Source: Candidatus Uhrbacteria bacterium
GTDB lineage: Bacteria; Patescibacteriota; Patescibacteriia; UBA9934
Assembly (NCBI GenBank): GCA_018664485.1
Contig: JABJOE010000009.1
Location: 4,108-68,107 of the forward strand
Direction: 5' to 3'
DNA: 64,000 nt
Shown: positions 19,286 to 28,067 of the stretch, piece after piece
Position numbering within the stretch: the stretch's first letter is position 1
How the letters are laid out: the number at the start of each line of letters is the position of its first letter
Position numbers and translations under genes: made by a program
The notes under the pieces: model-generated
The model's input: the letters and a program-made list of their open reading frames with translations, nothing else
Told to the model about the DNA's origin: nothing
The model's database searches: none

Positions 19286-19315
19286 TTTTTCGCATTTTCA
19301 AGGGTTATTCTACCT

Positions 19316-19576
19316 ATGAACAATCAAAATCAAACAGAAAAAAAGAATGACCGAGCTCAATATGGGCTAGCCATCCGAATTGCTGGTGATTTTGGTGTAA
19401 GTATTGCAGTCCCAGCTCTAATCGCGGCTTATCTTGGCCAAAAATTAGATGAGAGACTAGGGACCCAACCTATAGCAATGATCATATTGCTAATACTAGC
19501 GATGGCTTTAACAGCCGTGATCATAGTCCGAAAGGCAGAAACTTATGCAAAAGAATACAACGAACTCAATAACTGA
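19316..19576 (+). CDS. ATP synthase protein I-like small membrane protein (AtpI/AtpZ/AtpR type)
   Basis: 86 aa, two TM helices, immediately upstream of atpB. Confidence 0.55.
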   Translation: MNNQNQTEKKNDRAQYGLAIRIAGDFGVSIAVPALIAAYLGQKLDERLGTQPIAMIILLILAMALTAVIIVRKAETYAKEYNELNN

Positions 19577-20438
19577 ACGAATTGGCCTAGCCTTTTCTGG
19601 AATTCCTCTCGCTGCAGAGCCGTTATTTGAGATCGCTGGACTGACAATCACCAACGCAATGATTAACGCATACATAGCTGTTGCGTTTTTTGTTTTGGTG
19701 GCACTGGTGTCGAGCAGACGTAAAGGGATAGTTCCAAAAGGTATTCACAATGTTATTGAAGCGCTTGTAGAGTTTGCAATGTCAGAGATCCAGAAGGTAA
19801 CAGAAGATAAAAAGAAAACGCGCGTATTCTTGCCGCTCGTTGCAACCATCTTCTTCTTTGTTTTATTTTCAAACTGGCTCGGGCTCATCCCGGGGACTGG
19901 ATCGATCGGTATTTGGGAAATGGTTCACGGACAACTAGAACTCGTACCACTTCTACGCCCTGCAACAAGTGATTTGAACCTAACGCTCGCTATAGCGGTC
20001 ACTGCAATTATCACAACGCATATCGCGGGAGTCGCATACAAAGGTGGATTTATGCACTTCAGTCAGTTCGTAAATATCAGAGGAATCGTTCTAGCTTTCA
20101 AAAAAGGACCAATGGCTGTAGTTATCGCCTTGGTTGAGTTCTTCATCGGGCTAATCGAGATCATCGGAGAATTTGCAAAGACACTTTCGCTTTCACTACG
20201 ACTTTTCGGAAACGTATTTGCTGGTGAAATCCTTCTACATGTGATGTTGAGCTTGCTCGCATACGTACTCCCAGTACCATTCATTTTCATGGAACTCCTT
20301 GTTGGAATAATTCAGGCGACCGTATTTGCAATGTTAACCCTTGCATTCCTTGTTGTTGCCACAATGAGCCATGATCACGGCGATGACCACGAGGAAGATC
20401 ACGCAAAAGACAAAAAATTAGAACCAGAACACGCTTAA
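19545..20438 (+). CDS. atpB: F0F1 ATP synthase subunit a
   Basis: LSLRLFGNVFAGE motif with the essential Arg. Polytopic membrane protein. Confidence 0.9.
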   Translation: MQKNTTNSITERIGLAFSGIPLAAEPLFEIAGLTITNAMINAYIAVAFFVLVALVSSRRKGIVPKGIHNVIEALVEFAMSEIQKVTEDKKKTRVFLPLVATIFFFVLFSNWLGLIPGTGSIGIWEMVHGQLELVPLLRPATSDLNLTLAIAVTAIITTHIAGVAYKGGFMHFSQFVNIRGIVLAFKKGPMAVVIALVEFFIGLIEIIGEFAKTLSLSLRLFGNVFAGEILLHVMLSLLAYVLPVPFIFMELLVGIIQATVFAMLTLAFLVVATMSHDHGDDHEEDHAKDKKLEPEHA

Positions 20439-20524
20439 ACGTCGATGGTTCAGAGCTGTCTGTTTGTCACCATGGCAAGCGCGCAGCTACCAACTATTGA
20501 TTAATAAACTGCTAACTATCTCGT

Positions 20525-20743
20525 ATGGATGCAGAAACAATGACACTTCTTGCCAAGGCTCTTGCCATCGGTGTTGGAAGTATTGCACCAGCGTTTTCAA
20601 TCGGATTCATCGGTATGAAAGCTATGGATGCTATCGGACGCAACCCTGAGGCGGCTGGAAAGCTTTTCGTTCCAATGCTTCTTGGAATGGCTTTTGCTGA
20701 GGCTATTGCGATTTACGCATTGATCATCGCTTTCACACTCTAG
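20525..20743 (+). CDS. atpE: F0F1 ATP synthase subunit c
   Basis: 72-aa hairpin proteolipid with the conserved carboxylate in AFAEAIAIYAL. Confidence 0.9.
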   Translation: MDAETMTLLAKALAIGVGSIAPAFSIGFIGMKAMDAIGRNPEAAGKLFVPMLLGMAFAEAIAIYALIIAFTL

Positions 20744-20843
20744 TCACTTCTGTATTGGCAGCTGCCGGATTACAGGCCTGTTACTTGTGTACCGATATAT
20801 CATCTAACACAATTCACATCTTACCAAGGCGACCGCTAGTATA

Positions 20844-21530
20844 ATGACTCTGAAGATCACTCGGCTCTGTTTCCAAACATACTTTGGAGATAGTTCCGAC
20901 CAACGGTCTTCAGGACTCAATATATTAGATATGAGCGAACCAATTGAAGACATTATCGAACATGACGAAACAGCTGAGGACTCTGACGCATCAGAGACTC
21001 ACGAGGAGATTGCTGTTGACGGAGATAACCCGATTGCCGCTGTAGTGGGACAGTTCGGTTTGAATGTTCAAACTTTTGCAGCACAGCTGATCAACTTCTT
21101 GATCGTGCTGGTAATTTTATGGCGCTTCGTTTACAAGCCTGTCGTAAAACTTCTCGATGAACGACAAGAGAAGATCGAAAAAAGCGTAAAGACTGCTGAG
21201 GAAATTGAAGAGCGCATGACAAAACTCTCAATTGAGCGTGAAGAAATTTTAAATGAAGCTCGAAAGGAAGCTCAAGCTATAGCCGAAAAAGCTCACGAGG
21301 ATTCAAATGGACGGCGTGACGAGATGGTCGCGAGTGCTAAGCGTGAAGTTGAGCGTGTTATTTCAAAAGGTAAAGATCAGCTCGCAACAGAAAAGGCCTC
21401 AATGCTTCGCGAACTTCGCAAGGACGTTGTAGATATCGCTGTAAAAGCAGTCGCGCGTGTTTTGGATGATCAAGTAGATGAAAAGCGTTCAAAGTCGTTA
21501 GCGGAAGAAGTTGTTCGAAAGATGAGTTAA
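20844..21530 (+). CDS. atpF: F0F1 ATP synthase subunit b (with an unusual ~70-aa acidic N-terminal extension; alternative start at 20931)
   Basis: Single TM helix (LINFLIVLVILWRF) followed by a long charged coiled coil. Position in the operon. Confidence 0.75.
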   Translation: MTLKITRLCFQTYFGDSSDQRSSGLNILDMSEPIEDIIEHDETAEDSDASETHEEIAVDGDNPIAAVVGQFGLNVQTFAAQLINFLIVLVILWRFVYKPVVKLLDERQEKIEKSVKTAEEIEERMTKLSIEREEILNEARKEAQAIAEKAHEDSNGRRDEMVASAKREVERVISKGKDQLATEKASMLRELRKDVVDIAVKAVARVLDDQVDEKRSKSLAEEVVRKMS

Positions 21531-21532
21531 CT

Positions 21533-21916
21533 ATGAAGATTGAAGCAATACAACTTGCGCGTATACTCGTGAAAGCAACGGCACATCAAGTGGAAGTACG
21601 TGATGATGTGAAAGCATTTGTTGCATTCCTCGCCGAAAATGACATGCTCGATAAATGGCGCGAGATTGAACTGGCAATTGGCAAGGTATGGAAAGAGGAG
21701 TTCGGTGCCTCATCAATTAAAGTACTAAGTGCACATCCATTGACTCAAGAGGCCCGCAAAATAATCGGAGAGATAGCGCCGGGCGCTGAGCTATCAACCG
21801 CCGTTGACGAAAGACTAATTGGTGGAGCTATCATCCGCATTGACGACAAGCGCATCGACGGATCAATAACCGGTCAGTTGCGCGCACTACGAAAGTCTCT
21901 ACTGGCATCCGTCTAA
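21533..21916 (+). CDS. atpH: F0F1 ATP synthase subunit delta (OSCP), short form (127 aa)
   Basis: C-terminal GGAIIRIDDKRIDGSITGQL delta signature. Position between atpF and atpA. Confidence 0.75.
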   Translation: MKIEAIQLARILVKATAHQVEVRDDVKAFVAFLAENDMLDKWREIELAIGKVWKEEFGASSIKVLSAHPLTQEARKIIGEIAPGAELSTAVDERLIGGAIIRIDDKRIDGSITGQLRALRKSLLASV

Positions 21917-21946
21917 GAGCGCTTAAACTGAAAATGAAAAAACTAT

Positions 21947-23446
21947 ATGGCTAACAAAACAGACATTATATCCGAGCTGCGAAAGCAAGTTGAGGATTTC
22001 AAAACACAAGCAAACGTCGAATCTGTTGGAACTGTTCTGTCAGTTGCAGACGGTGTTGTGCGAATGAGCGGTCTTGCTGATGCAAAATCAATGGAGCTTT
22101 TGGAATTCCCTGGAGGAGTTCTAGGTGTTGCGCTAAATATCGAAGAAGAATCCATCGGAGCTATCATTCTTGGATCATCAGACAAGATTCGGGAAGGAGA
22201 TACAGTTAAGTCAACCGAACGAATCCTTTCAGTTCCTGTGAGTGAGGGAATTATCGGTCGTGTTGTGGATCCACTTGGAGTTGCGATTGATGGAAAGGGA
22301 GCTCTGTCAGCTGACCAGTATCAACCAATCGAGAAAGTAGCACCTGGTGTTATCACACGTGAGCCCGTGTCCGTTCCACTTCATACCGGAATCAAAGCAA
22401 TCGATTCCTTGATCCCAGTTGGACGTGGTCAGCGTGAGTTGATCATTGGAGATCGGCAGACCGGTAAAACAGCTATCGCAATTGATACTATCATCAACCA
22501 GAAAGGTGAGGGTGTTAAATGTATTTATGTTGCTGTCGGTCAGAAAGAGTCAAAAATTGCAACCATCAAGGCGAAACTGGAAGAAGCTGGTGCAATGGAA
22601 TACACAACTATCGTGTTGGCTGGTGCGTCTGATCCAGCATCACTTTCATATATCGCTCCGTACACCGGATGTGCAATCGCTGAGTACTTCATGGACAAAG
22701 GAGAGGATGCGTTAGTTATCTATGATGACCTTTCGAAGCACGCATGGGCGTATCGAGAAATCTCACTACTACTTCGGCGACCACCGGGACGAGAGGCGTA
22801 CCCAGGTGACGTTTTCTACCTTCACTCACGTCTACTTGAGCGCGCTGCACGTTTGAACGACGATAACGGTGGAGGATCAATCACGGCTCTACCGATTATT
22901 GAAACTCAAGGTGGGGACGTATCGGCCTACATCCCAACAAACGTTATTTCAATTACTGACGGTCAGATCTACTTGGAGAGTGACCTCTTCTATAAAGGAC
23001 AGCGACCAGCTCTTAATGTTGGACTATCTGTGTCACGTGTTGGATCAGCTGCCCAGACAAAAGCAATGAAGTCTGTCTCAAAAACTTTGAAAGTTGACCT
23101 GGCTCAGTTCCGAGAGCTCGAGGCATTCGCACAGTTCGCAACCGACCTTGATGAATCTACAAAGAAACAGCTAGATCGCGGAGCGCGAGCGATGCAACTC
23201 ATGAAGCAAAAGCAGTACGCACCTATTTCATTTGATCAGCAGTCAGTTATCATATACGCGCTCAACTCAGGGCTATTGGATGATGTCGACGTTGATCGTA
23301 TCCTTGAATTCGAAGAAAAGTTCCTATACTTCATGCAATCAAGCGGGGCGTCTGTACTTAAAGCAATTCAGGAATCAAAGAAAGTAGAAGAAGCGACTGA
23401 AGAAGAACTTAAGAACTTTATCGCTGAGTTCAAAAAGACGTTTTAA
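21947..23446 (+). CDS. atpA: F0F1 ATP synthase subunit alpha
   Basis: GDRQTGKT Walker A plus alpha-specific motifs. 499 aa. Confidence 0.95.
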   Translation: MANKTDIISELRKQVEDFKTQANVESVGTVLSVADGVVRMSGLADAKSMELLEFPGGVLGVALNIEEESIGAIILGSSDKIREGDTVKSTERILSVPVSEGIIGRVVDPLGVAIDGKGALSADQYQPIEKVAPGVITREPVSVPLHTGIKAIDSLIPVGRGQRELIIGDRQTGKTAIAIDTIINQKGEGVKCIYVAVGQKESKIATIKAKLEEAGAMEYTTIVLAGASDPASLSYIAPYTGCAIAEYFMDKGEDALVIYDDLSKHAWAYREISLLLRRPPGREAYPGDVFYLHSRLLERAARLNDDNGGGSITALPIIETQGGDVSAYIPTNVISITDGQIYLESDLFYKGQRPALNVGLSVSRVGSAAQTKAMKSVSKTLKVDLAQFRELEAFAQFATDLDESTKKQLDRGARAMQLMKQKQYAPISFDQQSVIIYALNSGLLDDVDVDRILEFEEKFLYFMQSSGASVLKAIQESKKVEEATEEELKNFIAEFKKTF

Positions 23447-23465
23447 TAAGTTTGTCTAGAACGGT

Positions 23466-23568
23466 CTCATTTGAGAATAGTTCTAGGCGCAGGGAAGATG
23501 TTGAGAAGCCGTACCAATATGTACGGTGACGAATCATAGGGGCCCTGCAACACCGAAATAATCCAAAT
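23466..23568 (+). repeat. atp-operon intergenic conserved element, copy 1 (atpA-atpG spacer)
   Basis: About 80% identical over ~100 nt to the copy at 24506-24608. Shared blocks AGTTCTAGGCGC, cGTAC..GTACg hairpin with a changed loop, GGGCCC palindrome, GCAAC, CGAAAT, ATCCAAAT. Confidence 0.6.
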
Positions 23569-23584
23569 GAGACTGTTATAGCTT

Positions 23585-24484
23585 ATGGCTGCTAATGCTA
23601 AAGTTGTTAAGCGAAGGATCAAATCTATCGCCAATACGATGAAAATCACAAAGGCGATGGAGCTTGTTGCTGCGTCAAAAATGCGACGCGCGATACAATC
23701 CGTTCTAGGAACGCGCCCATATGCGCAACTTGCATGGCAAACGGTCAACGCTATATCTCGCGCTACAGGCGAAACAACACACCCATTACTTGAAGAGAAA
23801 CCTGATGCCACAAAAACACTTCTAATCCTCTTTACAGCAGACCGCGGTTTAGCCGGAGGGTATAACGTCAACATGATCAAAACTGCGATAAAAGCAGTAA
23901 AAGCGATCGATGACTCAGAAGTAGAAGCGATCTCAGTTGGTAAACGTGGAACAGCGGCACTCGCCAGAAACGAAGTTCCCGTCATCGCAACATTCGAAGA
24001 TCTTTCCAAAAAACCGGTCTTTGAAGACATACTTCCAATCGGAAACATGGTCATCGAAGCATTCATCCGAGGTGACTACAAAAGAGTTGTAGTCGGATAC
24101 ACAGACTTCATCTCCGGCCTCACTCAAAAGCCTCGCACCTTTGAACTTCTGCCACTTGGACAACCAGACGACGCTCTCGGAGACGTTAGCCGCGGAAAGG
24201 ATGAAGCAATTGAGGTTAAAGAGGCAAGTGAATATAAGTTTGAGCCTAATCCGCAAGAAGTACTCAACAGAATACTCGGAAGACTTGTCGAGACAATGCT
24301 ATACCAAGCGTTACTGGAGTCAACAGCATCTGAGCACTCAGCGCGAATGATGGCAATGCGAAATGCAACGGATTCTGCGAAGGACATGCTAGGCGAGCTC
24401 AAGTTTGCCTACAACCGACTGCGACAGGCCAGTATTACACAGGAAATTGCTGAAATTTCAAGCGGTAAGGCCGCACTAGAATAA
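23585..24484 (+). CDS. atpG: F0F1 ATP synthase subunit gamma
   Basis: N-terminal IKRRIKSI-NT-KITKAMELVAASKMRRA signature. Confidence 0.9.
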   Translation: MAANAKVVKRRIKSIANTMKITKAMELVAASKMRRAIQSVLGTRPYAQLAWQTVNAISRATGETTHPLLEEKPDATKTLLILFTADRGLAGGYNVNMIKTAIKAVKAIDDSEVEAISVGKRGTAALARNEVPVIATFEDLSKKPVFEDILPIGNMVIEAFIRGDYKRVVVGYTDFISGLTQKPRTFELLPLGQPDDALGDVSRGKDEAIEVKEASEYKFEPNPQEVLNRILGRLVETMLYQALLESTASEHSARMMAMRNATDSAKDMLGELKFAYNRLRQASITQEIAEISSGKAALE

Positions 24485-24505
24485 TTTACAGAAGAACAGG
24501 ACTGA

Positions 24506-25996
<1,491 letters not shown>

Positions 25997-26097
25997 ACAG
26001 AGTCGCAGCATCTGCGGCCTCCCGACTGCGGTGCTTCCGGCGAAGCCGGACCAGGCTCCGCCTGGCAACTACAACCATTTCTCAACCTATTACATTT

Positions 26098-26544
26098 ATG
26101 TCAAAAATCTCACTAAAAATTGTCACACCAGAACGAATCGTTTTCGAAGATTCGGTTGATTCGATTTCTGCAATGACAGAAAAGGGTGAGATTACAATCC
26201 TTAAAAATCATATTCCTCTAGTGGCACTGCTAAAAGCAGGGGAGATGAGGCTCAAAGATGGCTCTACAAGCTCTCTCCTTGCAGTCTCAACCGGTTTGAT
26301 CGAAGTTCGGCCCGATAACACCGTCATCATCCTTGCAGACACTGCAGAGCGTTCTGACGAGTTGGCTATCGAGGAGATTGAAAAAGCAAAAGAACTTGCA
26401 CAGAAACGACTCGAAGAGGCTCGAGACAAGGGTGACGTCGCCTACGCTGACGCAGTAGCTAACATGGAACGCGAGTTGGCACGTCACAAGGTGGCGCGCA
26501 AAGGAAAGTACCGGGATGTCGGAGGACCTTCACCAATAAAATAA
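26098..26544 (+). CDS. atpC: F0F1 ATP synthase subunit epsilon
   Basis: N-terminal beta-sandwich signature LKIVTPER. C-terminal helical region. Confidence 0.85.
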   Translation: MSKISLKIVTPERIVFEDSVDSISAMTEKGEITILKNHIPLVALLKAGEMRLKDGSTSSLLAVSTGLIEVRPDNTVIILADTAERSDELAIEEIEKAKELAQKRLEEARDKGDVAYADAVANMERELARHKVARKGKYRDVGGPSPIK

Positions 26545-26651
26545 GACAAAAAAACAGTCCGTTTCTCTCCCAAACCCCTCATGAGGCTTGGTTGACAGAT
26601 GGGCTGTTTTTGATTAGCATTTTGTCGTTACGAACACCATGCCGGTAAGTA

Positions 26652-27353
26652 GTGACGAGGAATACGGAAATGTGTACACCAGACCAAGAGGAGGGACCTG
26701 GCCATGGCCGTCATGCTCCAAAGGCCGCAGGAGTAGTTCTTGTTCGGTGCGGAGACTATCGCACGAATGGACCGCATAGTGCGTTCGCTATAAACGAACT
26801 GCTCAAAAATGCAGTTGATGCATTTACGGTCAATCAGACTGGAAGGTCACATACTGCTGGAAGAATCAAACATGACCTACAGGTCATCCCTGGTCCAGCG
26901 CATGTCCTTGCAACTCGCTTTGGCATTCGACGCTACCTGCGTGCACAGCTATGGCTACATGCACAGATGCTGGGACTCCACAGCGTCGGCGATGGGCGGT
27001 GGATCGAAAAGCTGACGTCCTTGTGGCAGATCAAGGCCTACGTCGAGCTTCACGGCCAAGAGACAATAGTACTCGCTACCCACTGGGACTGCGGACGTGA
27101 GGGTGAACACGGACAGGATATGGACACCCACATTGCACATGCCTGGGGCAGCCTGCAAACACTCCGCCGAGCGCTTCCAGAACACAACCTCGCGCTGATG
27201 ATGCTGCACGTTGACGAAGGAAAGATCGTACTTGAAGAAAGTCGTGTATACACTTTCGTACAGGTCGCAGCGTTGATGGACAGAGTACACAGTCGCCACG
27301 CAACAGCGCAACGTCCCAAGACCGAGCAAAGCCGCGCAGAAGCTGCCAAGTAG
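26652..27353 (+). CDS. beta-carbonic-anhydrase-like zinc-binding protein, G+C-rich paralog (CxDxR ... HxxCG); exact start uncertain
   Basis: VLVRCGDYR and IVLATHWDCG align with ALVRCMDFR and IVLMNHTDCG of the next gene. G+C visibly higher than flanks. Long antisense ORFs here are treated as GC artefacts. Confidence 0.4.
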   Translation: MTRNTEMCTPDQEEGPGHGRHAPKAAGVVLVRCGDYRTNGPHSAFAINELLKNAVDAFTVNQTGRSHTAGRIKHDLQVIPGPAHVLATRFGIRRYLRAQLWLHAQMLGLHSVGDGRWIEKLTSLWQIKAYVELHGQETIVLATHWDCGREGEHGQDMDTHIAHAWGSLQTLRRALPEHNLALMMLHVDEGKIVLEESRVYTFVQVAALMDRVHSRHATAQRPKTEQSRAEAAK

Positions 27354-27463
27354 CGGCACTGAGCACAACTCCGACGACCGCCGCCCCAAGTCTTGGGTAG
27401 CGGTCGTTTTGCATCTGTACAAAAAATGATATTTTCTCTAGAATCTTTATAAATACTCAATAT

Positions 27464-27590
27464 CTACAACCTACTAGCTACAAGCTATTTTCTACAACCT
27501 AGTACCTAACACCTAAGACCTACCAGCTATTTACTACAAGCTACAACCTAGTACCTAATCCCTACCAGCTAATTTCTATAACCTAACACC
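27464..27590 (+). repeat. degenerate tandem repeat / minisatellite built from CTACAA(C/G)CTA, GTACCTAA, CCTACCAGCTAWTT units
   Basis: Read directly. Low-complexity CT/A-rich repeats immediately upstream of 27592. A 17-mer, cctagtacctaacacct, recurs with 1 mismatch at 38577-38593. Confidence 0.6.
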
Positions 27591-27591
27591 T

Positions 27592-28005
27592 ATGTCACAT
27601 ACCTGCTCCGCAGCGCTTGTTCGTTGCATGGATTTCCGACTCGAGTCTGCCATTGAGGAATACATGGCAAATAACAAACTCACAAACGACACAGACGTCA
27701 TATCAATTGCCGGTGCTGCAAAAGATGTAAACGATCAGAGCATGGGTGGAGCAGTCGCAGGTCAGCTCGCACTTTCAAAGAAATTGCACGACATCAACAC
27801 CATAGTTCTAATGAACCACACAGACTGCGGAGGCTACGGTGGACGATCAGCATTTGAAAGTCGAGAAGCCGAATGGCAGAACCATGTAGACGCTCTAAAC
27901 GGAGCAGCGGCTATACTAAAGGCAACATATCCAGACGTCACAATAAAAAAAACAATAGCTGATATTAACGACGACGGATCAATAGAAATCAAAGAAGTGG
28001 CTTAA
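27592..28005 (+). CDS. beta-carbonic-anhydrase-like zinc-binding protein (short, 137 aa)
   Basis: RCMDFR (CxDxR), VISIAGAA, HTDCGG (HxxCG) with beta-CA-like spacing. Identification tentative. Confidence 0.45.
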   Translation: MSHTCSAALVRCMDFRLESAIEEYMANNKLTNDTDVISIAGAAKDVNDQSMGGAVAGQLALSKKLHDINTIVLMNHTDCGGYGGRSAFESREAEWQNHVDALNGAAAILKATYPDVTIKKTIADINDDGSIEIKEVA

Positions 28006-28067
28006 AGTAAAAAGTTAGAAAAGCGGGCAAATGTCCGTTTTTCTATTTGTGCTAAAATAGCGTAACT

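Noticed and set aside
26955-27460. Three long minus-strand ORFs (155, 136 and 112 aa) overlapping the G+C-rich CA-like gene
   Set aside because: Typical stop-codon-poor antisense frames in G+C-rich DNA. The plus-strand frame is supported by paralogy with the neighbouring gene.
27464-27590. CRISPR array
   Set aside because: Units are irregular in length, degenerate, CT/A-rich and lack unique spacers. No cas genes are present.
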